From assembly GCA_030704615.1 (NCBI GenBank), contig CM060731.1, forward strand, positions 70,060,001 to 70,124,000: a DNA stretch of 64,000 nt, written 5' to 3'. A program made the translations under genes and the position numbers. The stretch comes from Takakia lepidozioides (lineage: Eukaryota > Plantae > Bryophyta). The notes beneath the pieces were generated by a model, which made no database searches, was not told where the DNA came from, and worked only from the letters and a program-made list of their open reading frames with translations. This document shows, one piece after another, positions 38,091 to 52,000 of this stretch. How positions within the stretch are numbered: position 1 is the first letter of the stretch; every line of letters starts with the position of its first letter.

Positions 38091-40239
38091 TCTAAGGGGG
38101 GCAGCATAACATACATGTTGTCCTCATAATCTTTAAATTTTTGGCTTTGACTCACTAACCATGACATACAGCCATGCATCAGCCATGTTAAAATCTAAAT
38201 GTTGATTCGTGGAGAAGGTTCCCAAGTCAGTAACTCCATGCTCACTGCATTTACACAACAACCACAAACACATGAGTCCTTGGGAAACACAGAATTGAGC
38301 CTTATCAAGCTATTTGACACATCACAAACCTAATGAAAACATCAGTTAGCATGTTACATCACCATCACATACAAGAAATGACCCAAATTGATTCGAAAAT
38401 CTCATTCTACAAATAACAACACAGGTGCGACAAAGAATACATACATGATTTGAGATGAGTAATGGTTGTATAGCGGTGGGGAGGTCACTTTTTGACAACC
38501 TTGACCAATTTGTCGCTCCAAAGTGTGATGCTATCCAGAACGTGCTTCAGCTCAGTTTGGGTGGTTTAACTGTCGTATTGTGGTAAGGCAGTGGTGCATT
38601 CAGAATCAGTACTTCATCCACATGAACTGCAACGTACCCCAACGACACATCTTTGTACCCACGTGGAGGTTTTGTCCCCTCTAAGCCCATTACCACACAC
38701 CCCTCCTACTTTGCATTTAAACATTGCTTCCATAAATACTACATCATCTCCTCTCTTTACCTGTCACAAACCACGACAACAAATCAGAACCAATATCTTG
38801 AAACTTGTCACCAACTACAAACATATACAAATGTTTGATAGTCCTCATTCATCTCACGTCTCTCTACACAACTATACAGAAGACATTGATAACCAAGTTT
38901 GATAACTAACACTGATTCAAATCAATTCACACATATATAGAGTTCTAATAAAAAGAATGACATTACTCCATTATGCTCAATGGCCGGAGGTAGTTTATTG
39001 TTTTGCACTGGCATTGCTGCCCTTTGTTGCTGAACAAAAAATTGTTATTCCATATCCAACCCACAACATGCCCAAGCAGGTTAGAACAATGAATGCCTCA
39101 GAGCATAGTACAAAACCAGCAATGCATTACATGCCATCATTCGGGATACAAAAACCCTGCTGAGAAAAAAAACGTAATAAAAATGCTACTGAAATCTTGC
39201 AAACAATATCTCACGCCAAAAAAACCCTACAATCCTTACATATTGTGTTTCTGAATTTCATGTAATGCTGCCTCCACAGTTCATAAAACCAGACACCTTG
39301 AGCATAATCACAGCTTCCAAAACAAAACCAAGAGATTATGGGCACATGACCTCTTGTGGCACTATTGGGCATGTTATAAGGATATTATGTGCAGCATGAT
39401 CAAGACCAAAAGGGGGGGGGGTGGGGCTGAGAGCAGCAATTGCTACTGCTCTCAGCTTCCCCCCCCCACCATTCCAAAAATAAAATAAAAAATGGGGGGG
39501 GAGGTTTAGACTTAAAATATGAGGTGTGAAGGCAGACTCGGATACTTACGTCTGTCTCTTGCATGCGTGCATGAAGATGGCAGACTTGGAAATTAGAAAG
39601 CATATGCACGATCGCATTAAATAGATATAAAGCTGGTAGAATTGATGGCAGACTGAACGAGTTATCAAGTAGAGAAACGATCCCATGATATAGGCCCTTC
39701 TACTTCTTTTTAACCTTATCTGAAATCAAAAACCTGACTGAGAATAAACCCAAATATCTGATTACCGTACGGTTGGATGAACTGTTGCTGCGAGCTCGGA
39801 TGGATGGATATCGGATGTGGCGGGGCAGACCGTTACGTTAGTCTGAGCCGGGCTACATTAAATTAGGGTTGTCTTTAGTTAACAGCTAGTTTAGGATTAT
39901 GATAGGTAAGCTAGCGTCTTTGAGTGGCCCTGCTGGGACGACATTTGGCTAGTCAATGTAGAGTATCCATCTGGCCCGGATTTCGTTTCTAATATTACTT
40001 AAGCCTGGGCTCATAAGCAAACAGGGTGGTGGATTTGATCGGAAGTGGTGTACGGTGTATTTGCGTTGGAACTTGAGTGTGCATGAGCTTTTGGATGAAC
40101 GTGTGTCTGAAGTGTGAATCATTGTGACAGATTCCATCCTATCTAGCAAAACCCTGTCTTATTGCACTACAACCCTTCTGTTGGTAATTCCTGGATAAAA
40201 TAGGGAATATATCCCCGGTCCCAGAACCTTGTTTCACAT

Positions 40240-42315
40240 GGTCCTGATTTTATAATTATTTTATTAAATTCGGGACAGCCAGAGGTGATGGTCCCGATTT
40301 GTTTTAAAAATATAAATTTTTAACTTCAATTCGGGGCCACCATAAGTGACGGTCCAAATTTTTTGGTTTTGTTTAATTTTTAATTAAATTCGGGATGAGC
40401 ATAGATGATGGTCTTGAATTTGTGAAATTTATTGTGTTTTTTTATATTAAATTCCAGGTCGCATAAGTTGGCGGTCCCGAGGTTTCTTAAAATGTTAGTT
40501 TTTTTTATTAAATTCAGGATCGCCATAGCTGGCAGTCCCGATTTTTATAATTATAATTTTTATTTTATTATTAAATATGGGACCGCCACAAACGGACGGT
40601 TCGGATTTTTTAATTTATGAGTATTTTTATTAAATTCGGGACCGCCAGAGTTGGCAGTCCGGATTTTTCAACTTTTATATTTCTCATGAAATTCGGGACT
40701 GCCAGAGTTGGTGGTCACGATTTTCTTTTTCTTTAATTAAATAAGGGACCGCCAAAGCTTGCAGTCCTGATTTTGTTTATTTATTTATTAAAGTGGGATC
40801 ATTTGATCTTAGTTTTTGATAAATTTTAATTAAATTTGGGACCGCCAAAGCCGGCGGTACTGATTATTATTATTTTATTAAATTCAGGAATGATGGAGCT
40901 GGCATTTTTTTTAAATAAAATAAAATAAAATAAACTTCCCAATTTTATCCGAAAGAAATAAAGAAAATCGGGACCGCCAAAAGCTGACGCCTCGAATTTA
41001 TTAAATTATTTTTTATTAATTGATGCCGCTAGAGCTGCTTTCCTGAATCTATTAAATAATTTTCTATAAATTGGGACCGCCAGAGTTGGCAGTCTCGAAT
41101 TTATTAAATAATTTCTTGAAAATCGGGACCACTAGCTCTGGCGGTCCCGATTATTAAATGTTTTCTTGAAAAATCAAGGTGTACCAGAGATGGTGGTCCG
41201 GATTTATTAATAATATTTAAAAAAAATTGGGACCGCTCGATCCAACGATCCCAATTACAGAAAATTTTGCAGATCGTAAGAGAAGTACACGGAAAAGACA
41301 AAGTTCATATATTGGTAGAGGGCATACAGATAATCCTTAATAGGGACAGCGGAAGCAACGGTATCGACAATAATAATCAGGCTTTCATGGCAGGTATGAG
41401 GGAGTATACAGTTGGATTGTTGCTAACACAACTCTACCAAAAGGTCGAAGAGAGTGCTGCGCCAATACCCCTCTGTAACTATCTCTCAACTCCAGATTCT
41501 TTTCAGTATAGTTCTCTACGTCTATCTCCGGACAGCGCATTCCTATTGCAGGTCATTTACATTTTGCAAAGTGATATCACTGGATATTTGTTCTGACATT
41601 TGCATTGGCATGTAGAAAAGCAGTACTCCATGTTGATTACATATACCTATTGTTTATAGAAGATGGATGGGTGAGCGAAGAGCTGCTGGAAGACAAATGT
41701 GTGGAAAAACCCTGAGTTGTTTGAAGTAAAACTAGCAATATAGAAAATGACATCAAGAAATATATATTGAGTGCACACCATGCTGACATCAATTCTGTGA
41801 GTCTACCCTACAAAGTATTAACAAATGAATTATCCTCATGGGTTCTGGCTAACCCTAACTTTGTGTTGAACTTGGTGTTGACCATCAAGAAGAAGAATGT
41901 TGGCATATGTGATATCATGTCATGAAAAAAATTGGAATTTAATAAATTTAAAAAAAACGAAAAAATTCACAAATTCAGGATCACCACCTATGGTCATCCC
42001 GAATTTAATTTTAAAAAATTATGACAGCCACCTATTGTGGTCCCGAGTAAAAAATATATTTAGAAAAGAAACAAATCGGGACCATCACCTCTAGTTGTCC
42101 CGAATTTAATAAACACAAATATAAAATCAGAATCGCCAAAATAAAAACATTCTAAAAATTAAAAAAATTTGGACTGCTACTTCTGGCGATTTCGAATTTA
42201 GTAAATAAAAATAAAAATTTATAAAAATCGATACCACCACTTTTGTTGGTGTTGAAATTTAGTATAAAATTTTAAAAAATTAAATACATTCAGGACCGCC
42301 ACCTTTGGCGACCAC
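40240..42315. repeat. Foldback-type array of CGGGACCGCC-N6-GGCGGTCCCG mini-hairpins with AT spacers
   Basis: About 20 degenerate units at 40240-41250 and 41975-42315. Spacer polarity flips from T-rich to A-rich at ~40910. ~680 bp of unrelated sequence at 41255-41930. Confidence 0.8.
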
Positions 42316-42319
42316 CCTT

Positions 42320-43240
42320 TATCGTCATCCAACAACACTCGAAGTGGCCGGTACCTCTTGCATGCCGGTCCATTCAAATAAAAAATACCATCTTGGTTGT
42401 CTAACAAAACAACTTCTTGTGTCATCATGGCATGCTCAATGGCCGGCCTAACTGGCAGTTGCGTCAACATAGCAGCTGCAGCTTGTCATGGCGCAGCTGT
42501 GGCAGTCTTGATCCTCAAATCTGAGGACCTGTGTCGTACAATAATAACTCTGCAAAAGATGAAGTAACCTCCCCACTCTCACATAACGTCGCTGTCATTC
42601 TGAACACTGCAGTTGGTCGTACCCCCGGCGTTGCAATTATGGTCGCCGAGAACAATGAAGCCTAACATACAGATGTGGCCGCCCCCAGCAGCATACTAGT
42701 TGCAGTAGCCTTGGCATCAGATATTGCTACTACCCATGTGGCTCTCCCTAATGGTATGCTAACATTTGCCTCGGTATCACTCGGGTGAGAAGATGCCATG
42801 GATAGCGTCGACACTGTCTCCGCCAATGTGAATGATTGAGGCAGTCTGGCCTGACGGCTTGTCTCCCCACGCTATGGATCAAACTCCATCTTTGCACCTC
42901 GCGGCTCATGAACTTGTGTTGCTCATTGAGTCACAGCTGCAGCAGAATCCACCTACACAAGTGGTCCTGGGAGTGTTGCCCCGCACATAAATCTCATGTC
43001 TCCCATGTACTCATCCGTTAGGATAACGCTGCTGAAGAGGAACAAGAGGTGGATCTTCAAGTCTTGGAGCCGGTACCCATTAGAAACTTTGTGGGTCCTT
43101 AGGAAGGCCGCGAGTTTTTATTTTCTTGAAATTTGCCCGTCCTTGGTGGCTATACTACAGAGGTCATACCCGCCTCCTAAAAATAATACAAGCTGGCATA
43201 AGCAGTGTCACGTGTGTTCACCGCGTGGGGTCGTGTAGAT
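42320..43240 (-). pseudogene. LTR-retrotransposon gag/protease-like remnant
   Basis: GIFYLNG...PLRVLLD (retropepsin-like start) truncated by the repeat array. Degenerate zinc-knuckle-like DLC.GQH at ~42975. Frames broken. Confidence 0.35.
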
Positions 43241-43919
43241 AGATGGTATGTGTGGGCTCACTATTCTATAATCACTGTAAGTTATTTGCATGTTGGTATT
43301 GAAACATCGTGTGTCATGGTTGTTTTCAGTCAAGCAATTGAACATTTTGTCCTGGTATAGTCAAGATGACGGCCTTTTGTCATGTGAGTTTGTAGTGTTG
43401 CATATTGATTTACTTGATCTGAAGACATTCTCTTTTCCCTTCTGTTGAAGTCAATCTAGACATTATCTTTTGCCATCTGACTGCTCCGCGCAATTTGAGA
43501 CATCAGAACAATTACTAGTGGGGCATACTTTTCTCTGTTTGAGTGTAGTGCCTGGTTAGACAGTGATGACGGCAGTATGTGAATTATTGATATACTATAT
43601 AGTAACATCTGGGTCAGGTAGGATGGGGGTTAGCTGAACAGCAATATGTCGTGCTGTCATGACAAGCAGTCTCAAACTACTGTACACATTGGGCTTCACT
43701 CCCAAGAAAGTATATAGATCAAATAACCTGAAGTGCGAGGTGATATTGCACTGTTTATTTCATCGATCAACTTCATTGCAACTGCAATAACCCTAGTTCG
43801 TCTGCCACATAGACAATGAACTCCTCATCTCGCCTCCAGACCTGTTCAATATGTCACCAACATTATCAAGAATCCAATGAGAGGGAGAGAAGGCCACATG
43901 AGAAAGCGCTCGGCACCAG

Positions 43920-46470
43920 ATCGGAAATTCGTTTGGCTTATCAAGTTCAGCGAGAATATTTCCCCAGTATTGGTCATATTGTTCCATCACACCCCAGTAA
44001 TGATCGTCAAGCAACATTCCTTTGGTCCAAAAATCTTTGTATTTCTTAATACCATTTTTTATGAATGATTGTTTTTCTGAGGAGTCGTCCCCGACTCCCC
44101 ATATCGGTCTTCTTGGAACGGCATCTGGGTCTCCTTCAGGGAGATATGGAGTCCCATCAGGATTGGACTTCCACATCTTAACGCTGGAGTTTGTAGGAAG
44201 CCACTCCGAATTAGTAGATGACTTCTTGTACTTCATAACGGGCCAATCATCCGCATCCTTAAAAAATCGAAAGACGTGCATCTCTGAGATCCCCACCAAA
44301 GCCTCATTTCCATCATGAATACAACCCTTAACAAACTTCTTGAAGTCGGGAACCTCCTGTGTGATTTGAGGAATGAATTGCATATCTCATCAAATCCGGA
44401 AGAATGTAGGTGTTGTGTTCCTTTAGCTTATTCGAGAGATAGCTAAAGAATCCGTCAATATCCTCATGGATGTGCCCAACCATGAGAAAACATCTTTGGC
44501 AGTGAGGAGGGATAGGAAAGCAAGCATCCATCTGTTCTTATTGTCCTTGGAGGAGTTGTCCATCTGCAAATAAAGTCGTCTAGGAAGTGGTCGAGCACCA
44601 CGTTTATCGGGCGGCCTGCAGGGTTTCAGAGCCTCCAAACATCTTGATTTATCTCTCATGAGCGTTTCAAAAAAATCATTTTGAACTTCAGTGTCGAAAA
44701 TGTTCCTGGATTCCCGGCATGTCGGCTTTTCCAGTTGGCACAGGCACCGAGCCAGCGACCCAATTGTGAAGTTTGAATTGTCTTTCCAGAACTCAAGGGA
44801 AAATTGAGCGTAAGCTCCATCTCCGTGTCCGTGCGTAACCATTCCTGTCAATGAGACAGACAACTGACCCAATCCGGAGACCATCTTGTTCGTCGTCTGT
44901 AGCCTCGGAATAGCCGTTTTCCTATGATCCATCTTTCATGAATAATACATAGGAACTCCTCCGGAACCATAACGGACTCATTCCTCCAGCTATGGTACAA
45001 CCTTCTGCATGACTCTTGATGCCTCAAGTGCAAATCAAGCGCCCGTTTATGTGTGACCTGTTCGGAACTTCTCTTAATCGACTTCTTGATCAAGTCCTTG
45101 AATATCTCGCATTCTGTGCACTTAACAAAGGTGCTTCCTGTTTTCCGAACCTCCACGTTAGGAAATATTCAATTCCGTATACGGCTTATAGCTGGCTGCG
45201 AGACTCCTTTCAAACCGAGCAGTCTGTTTGTTTGCACCCCAACTCCCCAACAATGTCAATGTCCACTGGGCAGTGGAGGTTCTACAAAGTGGAAGAACAA
45301 GAAAGCATGATGGCATCAAAAAGAAAAAAATCATCCACAGTATTTTGAAAAACGAAAGGGGACAACGAATAAAAGTCACCTCGTTGGACTCCTCTCGAAT
45401 TCTCTTCCAGTTCATTTCAGGTGGCAAAATTCTCAAAGTATCCCGACATCCCTCTCCAATGCAACGTGTTTTGTGAGGCATAAGGTCAGTATTGGCATTG
45501 ATAATGGACATAATGTTCCCCTCTGCCTGGAGTGTCCCTGGTCGCGGCCGCTTGACGCCACGATTTCCTTGGAAAGATGACAAACAGCCCTCTTTACTGA
45601 GCTTTTTGTACTCCATGTACGTTGACCTTCCAATTCCGTGTATTATCCACCATGCTTTCTCGCAAACATCAACATCTTCTATCGTAACAGACGACATGCG
45701 CGATGACCCATCCATAATGTGAAGTCGTTTTGAAACATTCAATCCAAGTTCTCTCCTCTCAAACCCCAAAATGCAGTACGAATTGCCAAGGTTTTTCTCC
45801 AATCAAAATATTGGCAGCACTGAAGCTTGCAGCAAGGTTTGCTGCTCACCGACCTCACTTCATCCAAAGTGAGATTTTTCTTGCACTTTTTTGAGTCCTC
45901 CATATTGGATGGATTTTTCTTCCTAGTAAAATGCTTGTATGCTGCTTTCAATACGCCTGTACCATGGTCGTCATTCTCCATGTCACTGCATGATCGTAGG
46001 AAATTTTCGAGATCAACGGAGAGTATCCGACCATTTTCAAGAAGTCTTGTTTTTGTTAACGGCCATTTCACAATCGCCATCAGTGAACCGGACTCTCCAG
46101 AGATTGTTCTGGTGACCAAAACCCCAACATCGTCCTCTCTGAGTTTGTCATTCAGAATGATCTCGTTAGGAATGCATGCCTGAATTCGGCCTTCGAACAG
46201 GGCGTTTCCGTCCTCCCCAAGAAGAAGACACTGCAAGTTTCTCCAACATTCTCTCCCCAGACCTGCAGGCAGACCCCCCCCAGTCTCACCGTTGGACGGA
46301 ACATCATTGCTTTCAATGCTTTGTCCTTGATAATCACTACATTCTGTGATGGAATGACATCCTGGGTTTCTCGGGGATGATGAATCCACAGTTTCATGCG
46401 TGCGAACACATGACACGTCCCACACAACTGGAGTCCCAATCGCCTCCTTCAATGTGTCAGCATCCATGTG
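43920..46470 (-). pseudogene. Sola-like DDD transposase, N-terminal and catalytic part (frameshifted, at least one intron)
   Basis: CCKLQCC..RTAFW; VCEKAWWIIHGIGRSTY; FVKCTEC; LCIIH../MDHRKT; LYLQMDNSSKDNKN; FLMVGHIHEDIDGFFSYLS; VPDFKKFV; HVFRF. The 5' start is uncertain (ORF track extends to 46860). Confidence 0.8.
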
Positions 46471-48049
46471 TCGATAAGGCAGAGGACAGGAGCCAAATGC
46501 GTCATCACAAAAGATCAGGGTAACTGAAATGGTGGATGAACACAAGTGGTGTCCGTGGCAAGTTCCATCCCCAGAAATATTCAGGCAATCTCTTGAGGCA
46601 ACAACTGAAAGAGATCCAGGAAGTGACAGAAACACCTTTTGGCCAACTTGGAACCCCATGAAGTTAGTAACCTCCACTGGGCAGTGGAGGTCCAGTAAAA
46701 TCCTATTACCGGATTGAAGAGTAACTGAAGGAAAGAAAGTCTTGCCACCGAAAGGAGAAACTTTAAGTATAACTTTTTCGACGGTTTTGAATGAGAAAAC
46801 AATATGGATTGAAAAAGTATAGTCAATGTTTGGATCTACACTGGGACTGATAAAAAACAATTGGAATTAAATTGGAGTATGAGGGCGGAGTATAGACTAC
46901 ATCTATCGGAACTATCAGATGAAGTCACAATTGCCAACCTCCACTAGGCAGTGGAGGTTGGATGATATCTGTTGATGTCATCAACCACATGGATGAACAA
47001 TGGATAATGAAGAAGTCATTGGTACAACATTAAAAACTCCCTATTTTCGTCTTCTGTTTCATGTTTTGTGTTGGCATGTTCTCAGTTTTGTGTTGGCCCG
47101 CTCTCGATTTATGTGGCCTGTTCAAGATTCAATTCGTTTGGATCCTGCTTCATTCTCTGCTGCACTGCACTGTCTTCAGTGCTTCAGTCCGTGCTTTAGT
47201 GCACATTAGGTTTCTGTTTCATTGTTTGCTTTGTTGTTTGCTTCAATGCTGTTTCATTCTCTGTCAATTCATTTCACTCCTGCTCCATTTTGTGCTTCAG
47301 TGCATTCCTGCGTCATTGCTTCACTGTTGTTTTTCAATTGACCGATGGTTTGTAGGGTGGTTTTGTGTGGTCGTTTTGTATGCAATTGGGTTTGTGTGTG
47401 CTTGTTCTGGTCGATTAGGGTAATGGTTTAGGGTGGCGGGAGATTACCATGCTGGTTGTATTGCTTGTTTTGTTCATTGTGGTGGTTTATTGAGGATAGT
47501 GGTTTCGGAAATGCCCGGATGTTTATTTCTCAACCGTTTTCTTGATCCCCAAATCCAGCGTTAGTTGATGCATTTCTTCCCATTCAAATTCGATTCTGAA
47601 TGGAAATTTTCATTTCTTATCCAATTATGTCGAATTCGGCAATTCTGAAAAACCACGATAGCCTAATTTACTTGTATTCTACAGTAGACATATGCTAACA
47701 GTAGGCTTCGTGCAGGCCAGAGTAGAGTATTTGTAGACCCATGTCATGCACATGAGCAACTAGAAACTGGAACCTCCACTGCACAGTGGAGGTTCGCGTG
47801 AATTCTGTATGCGGAAGCTGAAAGGCATTTTTTTAAAGTATGGACAAAATCGGATAATTACGGGAAAATTGAAATCAGTTTGAGACGATGTGGGAACGAG
47901 TGATGGAATCATATGTGTAACATTGTAAGTGTGACACATACTTTCCAACGAGACTGGGATACAATAATTGGGAACCTCCACTACCCAGTGGAGGTTCGAT
48001 ATTTCTTTGGGTCAGCCAGTTACACACTCTGATTAGTTTTTATGTCAGA

Positions 48050-48703
48050 ATGAGAAAGTGGAATGAGGGTGGGGAACCGGTGTTTGACGATGAGTACAAG
48101 ACAACCAGATTAAATTGGAGCAAGAGACGGTGTTCGGTAGACGTGATGGAAGCGGATCGTCCAGATCAAAAACATAGTGTTTCAGAACTAGATGAAAAAT
48201 CCAGTTGGGGGTCTACCGAGCCGAACAAAGTGTCTGTCAATGACGAAAATGTGACTGTAGAATCCCCGCAGAACGCATCCGAATCTCCGAACAATACACC
48301 TGAAGTCATCTGTAAGGATACCCTGGCGGAAATAAGAGAAAGCGTTCATGTAAACAATGATATCAACGGATTTCCTACCTACTCCCAAGATTATCCAACA
48401 TACACCCCTTCAGACTATTCCCCAGACACATTGGCGGCGATACGAGTGACCGTTTTTGGATATCCAGCATCTCCGGGTTACTCGCTAGCATCTCCTGAAT
48501 CCACATCAAGATCTGAAGGATATTATCCTCCAAACTTCCTCCTGGACACTGAAACGAGCGGGGGAGTCCTGGAACTACTGGACGTCTCCGGATCTCCAGG
48601 ATACTCCCCTGCGTCTCCTGATAGTATCACCGGATCCCCAAAATATACCCCTCTAGACTATTCGTCTGATACACTCAGAGAGATAAGAAGGAGCATTCTG
48701 TAG
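48050..48703 (+). CDS. 217-aa S/P/Y-rich ORF with Pol II CTD-like motifs (transposon cargo)
   Basis: Open frame. PTYSQDYPTYTPSDYSP, SPGYSLASPES, SPGYSPASPDS, SPKYTP. Three DTLxxIRxxV/I repeats. Confidence 0.6.
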   Translation: MRKWNEGGEPVFDDEYKTTRLNWSKRRCSVDVMEADRPDQKHSVSELDEKSSWGSTEPNKVSVNDENVTVESPQNASESPNNTPEVICKDTLAEIRESVHVNNDINGFPTYSQDYPTYTPSDYSPDTLAAIRVTVFGYPASPGYSLASPESTSRSEGYYPPNFLLDTETSGGVLELLDVSGSPGYSPASPDSITGSPKYTPLDYSSDTLREIRRSIL

Positions 48704-49025
48704 TTCTTGGGTATATAATCTAGAATCGTCTGAATATAGTGTGAGAAGTTCCTTAGTATATTTTGGACGAATTAGGTTCGAAGATTTCTATTGTAGATTA
48801 GTCCTGTTTCAGGATGATGTACTCAATGGCTCCTGAGCCTCATTTTCATTAAAGGTTTTTCCTTCAACATCTGTAAAATATGGAGGATTTCCCATTTCAT
48901 GTAGAAAGACTCGTACATACAAACCTCCACTGTCCAATGGAGGTTCTCATTTCTGGAATGATGGATGCTAGTAAGAGAGATCATATTATTTGATTATCTA
49001 ATGAATTTGTGTTTGGTTGTAACAG

Positions 49026-52000
49026 AAGACATCCTACACCACCAGATTGCGTCCCGAGATTGATTGGAGATATTTGTGGCGCATTCGTATGCCGGAAGTC
49101 CTCACATTTCAAAACTGAGCATACCGCTATTTTTGAGCTTACCCCAGAGGTGACAGATTGGGGCATCGTGCCTGTCGGTACACCTCCTGATCACAAACTG
49201 TCTTTTCATTACAGAAGTCTTGGAGTAATAACAGACTTAAAATACGCAGAAGCTCTCGATATAGAGCTTGAATCTGAAGAGGAAAACCCGATGTTGGTTT
49301 TGTTCCTGCATGAGAATGCGAGAACCCCCAGGACGTTTGGTTTCAAAGTGGAGGTGGGTCGTCTGAACAAGTCATTGATGAGTGAATGCGTAGAATTGGG
49401 TTTTAGATTTCCAGACGAGGGCTCAGTATTTACAGACGTAGGTTTGTCGAGAGCCTGGAGTATTTTTCTAGATCTTCTGCACGCAATGAGGAACGACATT
49501 CGCAAGAAGCGAGCACTACAGGAAGCATCAGAGCCGAAGAAGGGAAAACGCAAGTCGTCGACAGCCGGCAATGATGACAATGAGGCCGGGACTTCCGCAG
49601 GAAAGAAGAAACAGAAGGAGGATCAGGATCCAGCATTGATGTCAGATAACAAGAGACCTAAAGCTGGGGAGATTTTTGACAAGGAAAAATGCGAGAAGAT
49701 GGAGGAGAGGCTCATGAAGGAATACAATGATGTATTTCCATTCGGATTCAAGAGTACCTTCCTTGTGAAGGTTTCCATGATGGAACTAGCTCCAAGGAGC
49801 ATGGTTTACAGGCCGTTAAATATCAAGCATAAGGACGAAGTGAAAGCGCGACTCTTCCAACTTCATTTGTTCGACTCGAAACATCCGGTGTATCTTGCGC
49901 CAATCAACCATTCCAATCCAGAGAAGATTGCTTCATCGCGACCGAAGCAATGGAAAGAGATGGACGTATCAAGGTTCTTCGTAATTGGTGGACAACACAC
50001 CATCGTGGCAGCAAAGGTAATGGACTTCATTTCCTCCCAGACCTCTCTTTTAACGAACCTCCACTGGGCAGTGGAGGTTGGTGTTGAACTACAAAATTGG
50101 ATATATCCCCACACTTTCAACTCTCTCATCCATTTTACATTAACTGTAGCAGGAACTTCTCGAGGATCTTGCTGACGGCGAACTGAAGGAGTATTACCGA
50201 GAGTGGCCTGCGAAGATTGTATGGTCTACCGATGAACAAAGGCTCCTGAAGTTGTCAAAGCTCCTCAACGATCCCAATAAGGCGCAAAAGTTTGATACAA
50301 CAATGCCGGAGAAAGTTGCGTATGCACGAATGTTATTCAACCTGAGGGGGAAGCCAAAGAAATACAACGATCACATCACCAAGTCCGAGACGAAACAATG
50401 GAAGGTATGCATTTATGGAATCAAAATCTACTATTCACATTCATTTTATGCTAAATAATACTTCTGTTGTCGGAGTGACAACTAATTTATCCCTGAATGA
50501 ATGTGCATGAGTTCATGTTTGCCTATCATTTGATACTTGAAATGGATAGCATTAAGGAGGCAATGGTCCTGGTACTTTGCGATGACGACGTTTGGAAGAT
50601 CTGGGAAGATGTTTTCAAAAACTGGGAGCAGGGAAAGCTACTCAACCCGCTTGGGATACAGTACAAGGGTGAACAGCAACAACTCACGAAATCTGCTATC
50701 ACAAAGCTGCAAGGGTTGAACAGATGGCAGCTGATAAAAGTTGCGCAGAAAATCTTGGACCTGAATAAACCGGCGCATTTTCATGTCTTCTATGTACTTG
50801 TTCATGCCTTGAATTGATTTGGTGTGATGGAAGTGTTGGGGTGGCCTCGGAGGAGCAAACAGTGCACGGAACCGTACACTAAGGACGAGTGGCGTGAAGT
50901 GAAGAGAAAGTACCAGAGTTCTCAACATTTAAAGACAAACTGGGGACGGATTACATCCAAAGCAAGATCAAGATGAACATGGAGACAAAACCACTCACGG
51001 CCGTTTTTGTTAAGTACGTCTGCTCCATCAAGAAAGCTTATGAGGATAGAGAGGATGCCATGGTGATTATTTCAGCGAGTTTCAAGACTCATTACGCTAT
51101 CATGGGTGGAGAAACAAAATTCGTCAATGCCAAGTCTCGTCTGCGACTCGCACCGAAGAAACGGTTTGACAACATAGCGATGGTGTTCATCAATACAGTT
51201 TCTGAAGACGACTCTGACGTATTTGAGTCCAAGGATTATGTGAACATACAGGAGGCCTTTGTGGCTCAGAAAATGAACACGAGTGCTTTTGTTTTCTTCT
51301 CGACGCAACCGTCCTCGGCCAATCTGGTCTCCTACATCCAAAATGGTCCCGGAAGAACATCGTATCTTGTCCGTCAGGGATTTTATGTTCCGGGAGAGTA
51401 TGAAAATATTTACAAAAACAGCACGAAGACTTTATCTCAGACTGTACTGTGCCTGGACTATGTTTTTCCAGTGACACCTGAGGAGATGCAGAATCCGGAC
51501 GAGCACATCTCCACCTCACTGTTAATCGAGCCAATACAGCCGATTCTGGAAGGGCCCTCTGAGAAGCCATCAGCTTTTGAAGAAGAGTGCATGACATATA
51601 ATCATGAGCTACAAGCTAACACATACAACTATTTGGCCTCCCTGTTTTGTCGAGACGAGATGTCCGCTGTCAACATCTTCGGAGGCGTGATGTTGACGTA
51701 CGCCCTTCATGTAAGTGTAATTTTTTTTTGCATTTTAAATACGAATTTTACATTTTTGATCGAACACGTAGGCAAGAAACATTCGAGTGCTTGACATCAA
51801 CCACTCAACCACAAAAACGTTTTGCAAAGGAAAAGTTGAAGCGAATTTTAAGAAGCTTCAAATTGAGAATGACAATGTTGCTGAAGAGGTTGACGACGGA
51901 GACGATGATGAGGATGAGGAGGAGGAAGATGAAGACTTGGAAGAAGGAGGCGGACATTCCGAACACGGAGAGGAGGACGAGGGCATCGATGGTAACAGGG

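Noticed and set aside
47061-47423. 120-aa Cys/Leu/Phe-rich ORF
   Set aside because: Low-complexity T/G-rich spacer between divergent genes; probably non-coding.
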